Positions 19,865-30,441 of a stretch of 62,146 nt of DNA are shown here, in pieces. Position 1 is the stretch's first letter. Every line of letters starts with the position of its first letter. A model generated the notes under the pieces. The model saw only the letters and a list, made by a program, of their open reading frames with translations, ran no database searches and was not told where the DNA came from. Source of the DNA: Acidimicrobiales bacterium (GTDB lineage Bacteria; Actinomycetota; Acidimicrobiia; Acidimicrobiales; AC-14); assembly GCA_051001215.1 (NCBI GenBank), contig JBPCNP010000062.1, forward strand, positions 1 through 62,146. Direction: 5' to 3'. The position numbers were made by a program, and so were the translations under genes.

Positions 19865-21412
19865 GTGGCTGAGGGTGCAAAGGTTCGCACAGTTGCCGAT
19901 CTGATGAGCACCGAGGTCCTCACTGCCAGCCCGCTCGAGACGGTCGCCGCCGTGTGCGGACGAATGCTCGATGCCGGTGTCGGCTCGGCGGTCGTGATCG
20001 ACGGGGGCACCCCGGTCGGCATCCTCACCGAGCGAGACCTGGTGCGGATCTCCGCCGACGGCACCGACCTGTCGACTGCCGTGGTCAAGGACTGGATGAC
20101 GCCCGATCCCGACTCGGTGTCGTCGTCGCTCGGCGTCAACGATGCCTTCATCAGCCTCCGCACCCATGGGTACCGCCACTTCCCGGTGGTCGACGACGGC
20201 CGTCTGGTTGGCATCGTGTCGATGCGCGACCTGCTCAAGTTGGCCCCCATCCTGCAGATCGAAGACCCGGGCCTCCCCGAGTCGCGCCGGGGCCTCGAGG
20301 GCGTGGTCGTGGCCGAGACGGCGGTGGGCGACGTCCGGGGCAAGGAGGGCTTCTACCACTACCGCCAGTACAACGCCACGGAGCTGGCCGAGAAGCGCTC
20401 CATGGAGGACGTCTGGCACCTCCTCTACGAGGGTCATCTGCCCGACCGGGACGAGCGGGAGCGCTTCGCCGACGAGATCCGCCCGCTGCGCGAGATCCCC
20501 ACTGCGGTCAACGAGCTCCTGCCGGCCATCGCCAACGCCGGCGACGACTTCGTCCCCCTCGATGCCCTGCGCAGTGCCTACTCGATGCTGGCCACCAGCC
20601 TCGGGTTCCGCTCGTGGATGGACATCGACGTGGCCGCCCTGCGCGCCGATGCCATGCGCACCAGCGCGGTGATGCCCACGCTGATCATGGCGCTCTACCG
20701 GCTGAGCCGGGGTCAGGAGCCCATCGACCCCCACCCCGAGCTGGCCTACGCGGCCAACTACCTGTACATGCTCACCGGCGAGGTCCCCGACCCCGGTCAC
20801 GCCCGCGCCATCGAGCAGTACCTCATCTCGACGACCGACCACGGGTTCAACTCGTCCACCTTCACCGCCCGGGTCATCACCTCGACCGGTGCCGACCTGG
20901 GGTCGGCCGTGGTCGGGGCCATCGGGGCCCTGTCCGGCCCGCTCCACGGCGGTGCTCCCAGCCGGGCCCTCGACATGCTCGATGCCATCGGCACCCCCGA
21001 CCAGGCCGATGCGTGGATCCGCAAGCACGTGATGGCCGGGGAGAAGATTATGGGCTTCGGCCACCGCATCTACAAGACCGACGACCCCCGCTCGGTGATG
21101 CTGCGGGGCGTGGCCGAGCGCCTCGGTGGGCCCATGGTCGACTTCGCCAAGCAGGTGGAGCAGACGGTGGTGGCGGTGCTGGCCGAGCTCAAGCCCGGTC
21201 GCCAGCTGTACGCCAACGTGGAGTTCTACGCCGGCGTGGTCATGAACAACGTGGGCCTTCCCCGCACCCTGTTCACCCCCACCTTCACCTCCAGCCGGGT
21301 CATCGGCTGGACGGCCCATGTCCTGGAGCAGGCGGGCGACAACCGACTCATCCGCCCGAGTGCCCACTACGACGGTCCCCCGCCCCCCGAGCCCGTCCCC
21401 GACCCGGATTGA
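19865..21412 (+). CDS. CBS-pair domain fused to citrate synthase (type II / 2-methylcitrate synthase-like)
   Basis: aa ~10-130 form a tandem CBS pair (VADLMSTEVLTASP..., VKDWMTPDPDSV...GIVSMRDLL). aa ~140-500 are citrate synthase (GPLHGGA, GFGHRIYKTDDPR, NVEFYAG). Confidence 0.9.
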   Translation: MAEGAKVRTVADLMSTEVLTASPLETVAAVCGRMLDAGVGSAVVIDGGTPVGILTERDLVRISADGTDLSTAVVKDWMTPDPDSVSSSLGVNDAFISLRTHGYRHFPVVDDGRLVGIVSMRDLLKLAPILQIEDPGLPESRRGLEGVVVAETAVGDVRGKEGFYHYRQYNATELAEKRSMEDVWHLLYEGHLPDRDERERFADEIRPLREIPTAVNELLPAIANAGDDFVPLDALRSAYSMLATSLGFRSWMDIDVAALRADAMRTSAVMPTLIMALYRLSRGQEPIDPHPELAYAANYLYMLTGEVPDPGHARAIEQYLISTTDHGFNSSTFTARVITSTGADLGSAVVGAIGALSGPLHGGAPSRALDMLDAIGTPDQADAWIRKHVMAGEKIMGFGHRIYKTDDPRSVMLRGVAERLGGPMVDFAKQVEQTVVAVLAELKPGRQLYANVEFYAGVVMNNVGLPRTLFTPTFTSSRVIGWTAHVLEQAGDNRLIRPSAHYDGPPPPEPVPDPD

Positions 21413-21429
21413 GCGAGGGCCCGAGACAT

Positions 21430-21882
21430 GTGGCCTCCCCGGCGGGCGCGGTGGCGGTGGAGGAGGCCACATCGGTCACCGACGAGCTCATGGCCGCCGT
21501 CGCCGGCCTGGTCCCTCAGCTGTCCCGGACCAGCCCCGTCCCCAGCCGCGCCGAGGTGGACGAGATCGTGGCGTCGCCCGCCACCTGCCTGCTCGTGGCC
21601 CGCGCCGGCGACGGGGCCATCGTCGGTCTGCTCACCCTGGTGCTGTTCCGCATCCCCACGGGCGTTCGTGCCTGGGTCGAAGACGTGGTGGTCGACCAGT
21701 CAATGCGCGGGCAGGGCATCGGCGAGACCCTGGGCCGCGAAGCCCTGCGCCGAGCGGCGGCCACCGGGGCTCGCACCGTCGACCTCACGTCCCGCCCGAC
21801 CCGCGAGGCGGCCAACCGGATGTACCGGCGCCTGGGCTTCGAGGTCCGGGAGACCAACGTCTACCGCATGACGCTGGGATAG
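21430..21882 (+). CDS. GNAT family N-acetyltransferase
   Basis: The acetyl-CoA binding motif (VVDQSMRGQGIGETLGREALRRA) and RMYRRLGF are present. The start is uncertain (GTG 21430, 21451 or 21457). Confidence 0.8.
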   Translation: MASPAGAVAVEEATSVTDELMAAVAGLVPQLSRTSPVPSRAEVDEIVASPATCLLVARAGDGAIVGLLTLVLFRIPTGVRAWVEDVVVDQSMRGQGIGETLGREALRRAAATGARTVDLTSRPTREAANRMYRRLGFEVRETNVYRMTLG

Positions 21883-21956
21883 GTCGGCCCCGAACGCCCG
21901 TCGGGGGGGGGGGTCACCTGTGACGCTCGGGCCGTTCATGCCTAGTATGGCGAGGT

Positions 21957-22283
21957 ATGAAGAACGAACAACTCAAGGGGCACCTCGATGTGCTCCTGCT
22001 GGCCGTGGTCGACGTGAGCCCGGCCCACGGCTACGCCATCATCTCGGCGCTGCGGGAGCAGAGCGACGGCGCCTTCGACCTTCCCGAGGGCACGGTCTAC
22101 CCGGCCCTCCACCGCCTCGAGGAGGCCGGCCTGGTGGCCAGCCGCTGGGGTGAGGTCGGTGGCCGGCGGCGGCGGGTGTACCAACTCACCGGCGCCGGGG
22201 CCACGGCACTGGCCGAGCGCCGACGCGAATGGAGGCAGTTCGTTCTGGGTGTCGACAACGTGCTCGGATGGAACCCGGCATGA
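21957..22283 (+). CDS. PadR family transcriptional regulator
   Basis: LKGHLDVLLLAVVDVSPAHGYAIISAL...GTVYPALHRLEEAGLV...RRVYQLT is the canonical PadR winged helix. Confidence 0.9.
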   Translation: MKNEQLKGHLDVLLLAVVDVSPAHGYAIISALREQSDGAFDLPEGTVYPALHRLEEAGLVASRWGEVGGRRRRVYQLTGAGATALAERRREWRQFVLGVDNVLGWNPA

Positions 22284-23131
22284 CGAACGAGACCGTCTCC
22301 GATCCGATCGAGGCCTACCTCGACCGGCTTCTCGTCGAGTTGTCAGGCCGGGCCCGCAATGTGCGGCGCATCCTGGCCGAGGTCGACGACCACCTGCACG
22401 ACGCCGTCGACGAGGGGGTGGCCGAGGGACTGTCCACGGGTGAGGCCGAGCAACGGGCGCTCGCCCGGTTCGGGACGCCCGCCACCGTCGCCCGTCGCTT
22501 CACCCGTGGCGGGCCCGGTCGCTTCCTGCCCGTGCCTGTGCTCAGCCAGTTGGTGCTGGCCCTGGCCCTCCTCGCCGGCATCGGCCTGATGGGCATCGGC
22601 GCCAGCGGGGCGCTGGCCGGGGGGATGGGCGCCGTCTTCGGCAAGGACTTCGTCTCGGGCGATGTTGCCGGCGTCACCTACACGCCGGCCCGCTGCGCCG
22701 ACTACCTCGAGTACCACCCCGAGGCTGGTACCTGTGCCCGGGCTGCCACCGCCCATCACTTCGACGAGACCGTGCAGTACCGCCTGGCTGCCGGCGTCCT
22801 CGGGTTGCTCGTGCTCGGCGGCCTGTACCTCATCCGCCGCTCGCGCCGCCTCGCTCGCATCATCCCTCTGGGCGAGGGGGTGGGCCTGCTCCCCGAGGGC
22901 TTCGTGGCCACCACCGGAGCGGCCGTCTTCGGCTGCGGCGCGAGTGTGCTGATCGTCAGCGGCCTCGCCCAAGTGGGAGGAGGCAGCGGCGGCGCGGGTG
23001 ACTACCTCAGCGGCGGCATCGTGGCTGCCGTCATCGCCGCCGTCTTCGCCGTGGGCCTGTTCCGGGCCCTGGCCAGGCGAGCCCTGGTCGTCGACGACAT
23101 CGAGAGCCTGCGCCCCTCGATCGGGTCGTGA
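22280..23131 (+). CDS. PadR-associated membrane protein (N-terminal helical 'permease prefix'-like domain plus TM helices)
   Basis: The ATG at 22280 overlaps the padR stop (ATGA). The N-terminus IEAYLDRLLVEL...ILAEVDDHLHD and the multiple hydrophobic helices are typical partners of PadR regulators. Confidence 0.6.
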   Translation: MTNETVSDPIEAYLDRLLVELSGRARNVRRILAEVDDHLHDAVDEGVAEGLSTGEAEQRALARFGTPATVARRFTRGGPGRFLPVPVLSQLVLALALLAGIGLMGIGASGALAGGMGAVFGKDFVSGDVAGVTYTPARCADYLEYHPEAGTCARAATAHHFDETVQYRLAAGVLGLLVLGGLYLIRRSRRLARIIPLGEGVGLLPEGFVATTGAAVFGCGASVLIVSGLAQVGGGSGGAGDYLSGGIVAAVIAAVFAVGLFRALARRALVVDDIESLRPSIGS

Positions 23132-23141
23132 GGACTCAGGG

Positions 23142-25135
<1,994 letters not shown>

Positions 25136-25244
25136 CGTGGTCCCCCTTCGCCTGCGCCCACCTCGGGCGTCCGATGCACGACAGCGAGTGAGACCTCGCC
25201 TCAGACGGGACGCTATTTCCTCACCGTTTCCGCCTCATGGCGAG

Positions 25245-25276
25245 TTTGTGACAGGTGTGTGAACGGTTGTCACAAA
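25245..25276. promoter_or_regulatory. Candidate operator upstream of amt-glnK: perfect 9-bp inverted repeat TTTGTGACA-N14-TGTCACAAA
   Basis: Read in the DNA ~110 bp upstream of the amt start, inside the least G+C-rich part of the intergenic region. A direct GACAGGT repeat lies at 25250 and 25280. Confidence 0.3.
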
Positions 25277-25541
25277 GGCGACAGGTCCTAGGCTGCGGCC
25301 TCCCTCCGGATGGTGCGAAAGTCGGTGGCCAGGTGGCGTCGCCGCGACGGCATGGCACGGGCAGTTCGGACGCGTCGGCGAGGTGATCGCGAAGATCGGG
25401 GAGGGAAGGCTTCCACCCGCACGGGCGGACTTTGCGCACTTCGATACCTGCGGCTTTGATGACGTCGTCGCTCATGTCCCGCTCCCGATCATTGGCGTGG
25501 CGTGTCCAGCGCGACTGCGACACTGGTGAAAGGTCGGGCCG

Positions 25542-26747
25542 TCAGGCCGGGTGGATGCGGTAGAGGCCGTCGGCGGCGAGGAGGTAGAGCTCCCCGGCGG
25601 CATCTTCGCCGAAGGAGAAGATCGAGTGGCCGGCGCCGACATCGAGCTCGCGCTGGTCGACCACCTTGCCATCGGCCTCGACCAGGCCCCACACCTTCCC
25701 CGAGCAGTAGTCGCCGTAGAGGTAGACGCCCTGCAGTGCGGGGATGCGCGTGCCCCGGTAGACGTAGCCGCCGGTGACGGCGCAGTTGGCGTTGTCGTGG
25801 GTGTACTCGACGATCGGGAGGACGCCGTCGGGGGGGTTGGTGCCGTGGAAGGGGTGGGTGGCGTCCATCAGGCTCCAACCGAAGTTGGCCCCGGCGGGCT
25901 CGGCGGCAGCGCGGAAGTCGATCTCCTCCCAGCGGTCCTGGCCCACGTCACCGATCCAGAGATCGTTGGTACGGCGGTCCCAGGAGAACCGCCACGGGTT
26001 GCGAAGCCCCCACTCGAATGTCTCGGGCACCACGCCCGGTCGGCCCACGAACGGGTTGTCTTCCGGCACGGTGTAGGCCTTGTCGCCCGACGGCGCGGGA
26101 TCGATGCGCAGAATCTTCGACAGCGGCGTCCCCAGGTTCTGGCCGACCATGTCCGGGTCGTTCTCGCTACCACCGTCGCCCAGGCCGACGTAGAGCTTTG
26201 CGTCGGGCCCGAAGGCCACCTCGCCGCCGTTGTGATTGGTGTAGGGCTGATGCACCGACAGCACCACCCGGCGGCTGACCGGGTCGGCCGTCCTGTCCCC
26301 GAAGGCGTACTCGACGACCTGGGTGTCGCCCGCCCGGTCGGTGTAGTCGACGTAGAGCCGGGCGCCGTCGGGCGAGAAGGTGAGGCCCAACAGGCCCTGC
26401 TCGCTGCCAGTGGAGACCTCGCCCGACAGGTCGAGCACAGGAGAGGCGTCGGCCGATGCCTTGGTTGTCGTCTGTCCGTGGGCCACCCGGCGCACCCGAC
26501 CCGTCTTCTCGGCCACGTAGAGGGCGTCATCACCTGGACGCACGGCCAAGGCGGTGGGCCCGACCAGACCGTTGAGCTTGGACAGGCCCAGCTTCACCGC
26601 TTTCAGGTCGGGTCCGGCCGGACTGGCCCCGGTCGACCTCGACGAGGTCGACGTCGATGGCGGTTCGGAGCCGGCGCACGCCGCGGCAATGAGGGCGACG
26701 CCGATCGTCAGCGTCGCCAGTGGGCGGCGCGCGAGCGCCTTGGTCAC
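25542..26747 (-). CDS. PQQ-dependent sugar dehydrogenase (soluble glucose/sorbosone dehydrogenase family), probable lipoprotein
   Basis: The start is refined to the GTG at 26747 (VTKALARRPLATLTIGVALIAAAC..., lipobox). Beta-propeller motifs are present: EQGLLGLTFSPD, HNGG, GLGDGGS, GLRNPWRFSWD, IGDVGQDRWEEI and GGYVYRG. Confidence 0.85.
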   Translation of the reverse strand: MTKALARRPLATLTIGVALIAAACAGSEPPSTSTSSRSTGASPAGPDLKAVKLGLSKLNGLVGPTALAVRPGDDALYVAEKTGRVRRVAHGQTTTKASADASPVLDLSGEVSTGSEQGLLGLTFSPDGARLYVDYTDRAGDTQVVEYAFGDRTADPVSRRVVLSVHQPYTNHNGGEVAFGPDAKLYVGLGDGGSENDPDMVGQNLGTPLSKILRIDPAPSGDKAYTVPEDNPFVGRPGVVPETFEWGLRNPWRFSWDRRTNDLWIGDVGQDRWEEIDFRAAAEPAGANFGWSLMDATHPFHGTNPPDGVLPIVEYTHDNANCAVTGGYVYRGTRIPALQGVYLYGDYCSGKVWGLVEADGKVVDQRELDVGAGHSIFSFGEDAAGELYLLAADGLYRIHPA

Positions 26748-27787
26748 CCTCCCATCCTCTCGTACTGGCGGGTGCCGCGGAACAGGGCCGAGGCGGGGCT
26801 GGTCCCCCCCAGGGCGTCGGCAGCCAGGACGACCGCAGCGGCTGAGTAGGTGGTGCGCTCGCCTCCCGGGAAGTGGACCCGTTCGGGGTGGACCATGCCG
26901 GTGAAGTAGCTCCCGTCGGTGTGGCGCAGGTGTCGGGTGCCGGCCAGGAGCCGACGTCCCCAGGCCTGGTCCCCGGCGGCCACGTGGGCCATGGCGCACT
27001 CGGCCGTCTCCGCCGCCGTCACCCAGGGTCGGTCGGCGACGCAGCGCGTTCCCAGGTCGTCGAGCAGGAACCGGTCTCGCCCACCCGCCAGCCGGGCTCC
27101 GGCGGCCTCGCCCTGCACCGCCCCGACCAGCACCGGGTAGTACCAGTCCATGGACCAGCGGTCCTTGGGCAGGAAGGCCTGGGGGCGCTCGGCGATGGCG
27201 CGAGCGAGCGCCGTCGCCGCCCGCGCCCAGTCGGGCCGCTCGTGGCCGAGGAGGTTGGCGATGGCCAGGGCACAGCGGAGGCTGAAGTAGGTGCTCGACG
27301 ACGCCGTGAGCAGGGCGAACGACCAGGCCGTGCCGTCGGCGTGGCGCGCCCACAGGATCTCGCCACCCGGGGTTTGGAGGCCGAGGGCGAACCCGACCGC
27401 GCCTTCCACCACGGGCCACATCTCGGCCAGGAAGCCGGTGTCGGCGGTGGCCAGGTAGTGGTGCCAGGTGCCGGTGGCGACATAGGTCGACACGTTGGCG
27501 TCGAGGGTCGCCTCCTTCACCCGCCCGCCTCCGAGGTAGTACTGGTGCCAGGCGCCGTCGGGGCGCTGGGTGGCGGCCAGCCAGGCGTAGGCGGCCTCGG
27601 CCTCGGCTCGCCGGCCGCCCACGTCGAGGGCCATGGCCGCTTCCACGTGGTTCCAGGGGTCGGCGTGACCATCGACGAACCAGGGCAGCATCCCGTCGCC
27701 GAGTTGGACGGCGACGATGGACTCCACCGTGGCCGCCACCTCGTCGGCCTCGAGAACCCCGGCCACCCCGGGGACGGCCGCCTTCAC
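26744..27787 (-). CDS. Prenyltransferase / squalene-cyclase-like alpha-alpha toroid protein
   Basis: The start is refined to the GTG at 27787 (GTGA overlap with the methyltransferase stop). Repeated aromatic-rich helical hairpins (DGAWHQYY, GTWHHYLATAD, GGEILWAR, DWYYPVL) resemble the terpene cyclase/prenyltransferase repeat fold. The assignment is by resemblance only. Confidence 0.55.
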   Translation of the reverse strand: MKAAVPGVAGVLEADEVAATVESIVAVQLGDGMLPWFVDGHADPWNHVEAAMALDVGGRRAEAEAAYAWLAATQRPDGAWHQYYLGGGRVKEATLDANVSTYVATGTWHHYLATADTGFLAEMWPVVEGAVGFALGLQTPGGEILWARHADGTAWSFALLTASSSTYFSLRCALAIANLLGHERPDWARAATALARAIAERPQAFLPKDRWSMDWYYPVLVGAVQGEAAGARLAGGRDRFLLDDLGTRCVADRPWVTAAETAECAMAHVAAGDQAWGRRLLAGTRHLRHTDGSYFTGMVHPERVHFPGGERTTYSAAAVVLAADALGGTSPASALFRGTRQYERMGG

Positions 27788-28530
27788 GCCGACGACGGGA
27801 CGGCGACGGTACTGCGTCTCTTTGCCAGGTAGAGCACCAGGCTCTTGCCCACGACGGGGTTGAGAGCCCGCTCGACCAGGCGGACCGGCCGGGGCCTGGC
27901 GGTGATGTCCCAGACGAGGAAGCGGTGGTACAGGCGAACGGCGAGGGCATCGTCGCGGCCCACGCCGATCAGGCACCGCAGCCACCAGTAAGGCGCGTGC
28001 AGGGCGTGGGCGTGGTGCGACCCGGTCACCTCCAGTCCCGTCTCTCGCAGGCGCCGGGCCAGTTGGGCGCCCCGGTAGATGCGGACATGTCCGCCGGCAA
28101 CGGCCGGTGCGTGGTAGTCGTCGGCCAGGGCCCAGCACACCTGTTCGGGGAACCACCGGGGGACGGTGACGGCCATGGTGCCGCCCGGCCGCAGCACCCG
28201 GGCCAGCTCGGCCATCGCTCCCTGGTCGTCGGGGAGGTGCTCGAGGACCTCGGCGGCAACCACCCGGTCGAAGCTGGCGTCGGGGAAGGGCAGGGCGAGG
28301 GCGTCGCCCCCCACGGCGGTGCCCATGGCGACGGCCGGCGCCTCCCCGGCCAGGCGCATGGCGCCCAGAAGCCCGGCCACGCCGCTCGTCTCGGTGGGCG
28401 AACGGTCGAGGGCCACCACGTGGGCGCCCCTCCGGTGGGCTTCGAAGGCGTGGCGACCGCCGCCACAGCCGAGGTCGAGCATCCGGTCCCCGGCCACCAG
28501 GCCGAGCCGGGCGAAGTCGACGGTCAGCAC
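27784..28530 (-). CDS. Class I SAM-dependent methyltransferase
   Basis: Motif I (MLDLGCGGGRH), an acidic loop (VVALD), and post-I/II motifs (FDRVVAAEVLEHL, LRPGGTMAV). Confidence 0.85.
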   Translation of the reverse strand: MLTVDFARLGLVAGDRMLDLGCGGGRHAFEAHRRGAHVVALDRSPTETSGVAGLLGAMRLAGEAPAVAMGTAVGGDALALPFPDASFDRVVAAEVLEHLPDDQGAMAELARVLRPGGTMAVTVPRWFPEQVCWALADDYHAPAVAGGHVRIYRGAQLARRLRETGLEVTGSHHAHALHAPYWWLRCLIGVGRDDALAVRLYHRFLVWDITARPRPVRLVERALNPVVGKSLVLYLAKRRSTVAVPSSA

Positions 28531-29843
28531 CGCGGCCCGGTGGATACCTCGGCCCTGTCTCCCCTGGCGTCGGCCCTGTCTCCCCTGGCGTCGGCCAGGG
28601 CACGGCGGTACTGGGTGACGGTGTCCCGCGCCGTCGCCTGCCAGGTGAAGCGATCGAGCACACGTGTGCGTCCGGCGGCGCCGATGCGGGCGCGCAACTC
28701 GGCGTCGTCGAGCAGGGACCCGATGGCCGTGGCCAGGGCGCCGGGGTCGCCCGGGGGCACGAGCAGGGCGGTGTCACCGTCGCGGCCCACCACTTCGGGC
28801 AGGGCGCCGCCGGTGGTGGCCACCAGGGGCACCCCGCAGGCCATGGCCTCGATGGCCGGCAGCGAGAACCCTTCGTAGAGCGAAGGCACCACTGCCACCT
28901 CGGCCTCGGCGTAGAGCTCGATCATGCGTCGGTCGTCGACCGCTCCTACCAGGTGGACCGATCCCTCGAGGCCCAGGCGGGCGATGGCCGCCGGGACCTC
29001 GCTGCCCTGGCGCCGCTGTCCCACCACGACCAGCTCGGCGTGGCGTTCGGTTCGCACCTTGGCCACCGCTTCGATCAGGGGCAGGAGCCCCTTGAGCGGG
29101 ACATCCGCGCTGGCTGTGGTCATGATGCGCCCCGGTACCCGGGCCAGGTGGGGCAGAGGCCGGAACTGGGCGGTGTCGACCCCCACCGGCACCACCGCGA
29201 GCTGTCGGGGTCGAGCCTCCATCTGGGCGCAGATGTCGCGCGCCGACGACGACGAGACGGTGATGAGCCGGGGCAGGTGGCGCACCACCCGCTTCTGCAT
29301 GCGGACGAAGGCGTACCACCGGCGCAGGCTCGCCCGCCGTTGCCAGGTCGGGGCGTGAGCCAGGTCCAGCGCCCGGTCGACGGTGATGGGGTGGTGCAGG
29401 GTGGCCACCACCGGAGCGACGTCGTGGTCGATGCCGAGGATGCCGTACCCCAGGCACTGGTTGTCGTGCACCACGTCGAAGTCGCCCCGCCGGTGGCGCA
29501 GGGCCCGCCACGCTCGCAGGCTGAAGGTGAGGGGTTCTGGAAACCCGCCGCTGCACATCAGGGCGAACTCGGCCACGTCGAGGGCGTCGCGGAACTCGCT
29601 GAGGGCGGGCGTGCGGAACGGGTCGGGCGAGCGGTAGAGATCCAGGCTGGGAACCCGCACCAGGGGGACGTCGGGGTCGAGCGGCGGGTAGGGCGGCCCG
29701 CTCCAGACCTCGACTCGGTGCCCGAGGGCGACCAACTCTCGGCTCAGGTGGCGGACGTAGACGCCCTGGCCTCCCGAGTAGGGGTTGCCCCGGTAGGAGA
29801 GGAGGGCGACGCGCAGGGCGTCGTCAGTTCCGGGGCCGAGCAC
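28524..29843 (-). CDS. Glycosyltransferase family 4 (GT-B fold)
   Basis: GGQGVYVRHLSRELVALGH N-terminal signature and the C-terminal EGFSLPAIEAMACGVPLVAT motif. The C-terminal tail contains a tandem ADARGDR repeat. Confidence 0.9.
   Translation of the reverse strand: MLGPGTDDALRVALLSYRGNPYSGGQGVYVRHLSRELVALGHRVEVWSGPPYPPLDPDVPLVRVPSLDLYRSPDPFRTPALSEFRDALDVAEFALMCSGGFPEPLTFSLRAWRALRHRRGDFDVVHDNQCLGYGILGIDHDVAPVVATLHHPITVDRALDLAHAPTWQRRASLRRWYAFVRMQKRVVRHLPRLITVSSSSARDICAQMEARPRQLAVVPVGVDTAQFRPLPHLARVPGRIMTTASADVPLKGLLPLIEAVAKVRTERHAELVVVGQRRQGSEVPAAIARLGLEGSVHLVGAVDDRRMIELYAEAEVAVVPSLYEGFSLPAIEAMACGVPLVATTGGALPEVVGRDGDTALLVPPGDPGALATAIGSLLDDAELRARIGAAGRTRVLDRFTWQATARDTVTQYRRALADARGDRADARGDRAEVSTGPRC
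28550..28600. repeat. Tandem repeat, 2.4 x 21 nt (cggccctgtctcccctggcgt)
   Basis: Read directly in the DNA. It encodes ADARGDR-ADARGDR in the C-terminal tail of the GT4 gene. Confidence 0.9.
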
Positions 29844-29962
29844 GATGAGGCAGCCTGACCGCGCCCGGCGAGGTGGTCAAGCGGGGCCCCTCCCCGGTGT
29901 TCGCGTGCGCGAACCGCGCTGGGTGGCAGCGCCGTTCGCGCACCGAAAGGCGAACCGTTGGA

Positions 29963-30415
29963 TCAGTTGGCCGAGGCGCCTGTCGTGATGGGGGTGGCCT
30001 TGACGTTGCCCGATCCGCCGATCTCCACCCGGCGGGGCTTGGCCGCCTCGGCTACCGGGATGGATACGGTGAGCACGCCAGCGTCGTAGGTGGCTTCGAC
30101 CTTGCCGGCGTCGAGGGTCTCGGCCAGGAAGAGCTGACGGGTGAAGGCGCCCTGGGGCCGTTCGGCCACGATGAGCTCGGCGTCGGAGCCCCAACTCGGC
30201 GAGCGCTCGGCCCGCACGGTGAGCACGTTCTTCTCCACGGTGAGATCGACGGTGGACGGGTCGACCCCCGGCAGGTCGAAGTGGACCAGGAAGCGGTCGC
30301 CCGACCGGTAGGCGTCGATGGGCATGGCCGTGGCCGTGGCCCGCCGGTTGTTGGTGTTCCACACGTTCTCGGTGAGGCGGTCGAACTCACGGAAGGGATC
30401 GAATCGCATGACCAT
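29963..30415 (-). CDS. Hsp20 / alpha-crystallin family small heat-shock protein
   Basis: The start is refined to the ATG at 30415 (MVMRFDPFREFDRL...). The alpha-crystallin core is present (DAYRSGDRFLVHFDLPGVDPSTVDLTVEKNVLTVRAER...GVLTVSIPV). Confidence 0.9.
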   Translation of the reverse strand: MVMRFDPFREFDRLTENVWNTNNRRATATAMPIDAYRSGDRFLVHFDLPGVDPSTVDLTVEKNVLTVRAERSPSWGSDAELIVAERPQGAFTRQLFLAETLDAGKVEATYDAGVLTVSIPVAEAAKPRRVEIGGSGNVKATPITTGASAN

Positions 30416-30441
30416 GTGCAATAAGTCTGATGTAGAAACAC

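Noticed and set aside
25221-25523. 100-codon minus-strand ORF between the PQQ dehydrogenase and amt (internal ATG gives MSDDVIKAAGIEVRKV...)
   Set aside because: I recognise no family. The distal half runs across the AT-richer promoter/operator region of amt, including the 9-bp inverted repeat, and is rich in Arg, Cys and Pro. It is more likely non-coding regulatory DNA, although a short upstream peptide cannot be excluded.
29899-29955. Three GTTCGC/GCGAAC palindromic elements (gttcgcgtgcgcgaac at 29899-29914; gttcgc-N10-gcgaac at 29934-29955) between the hsp20 stop and the GT4 start
   Set aside because: They could be an hsp20 terminator hairpin or an operator for the glycosyltransferase operon. 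The stems are short (6-7 bp), no U-tract follows, and CG-rich palindromes of this size arise easily in this composition. Noted but not called.
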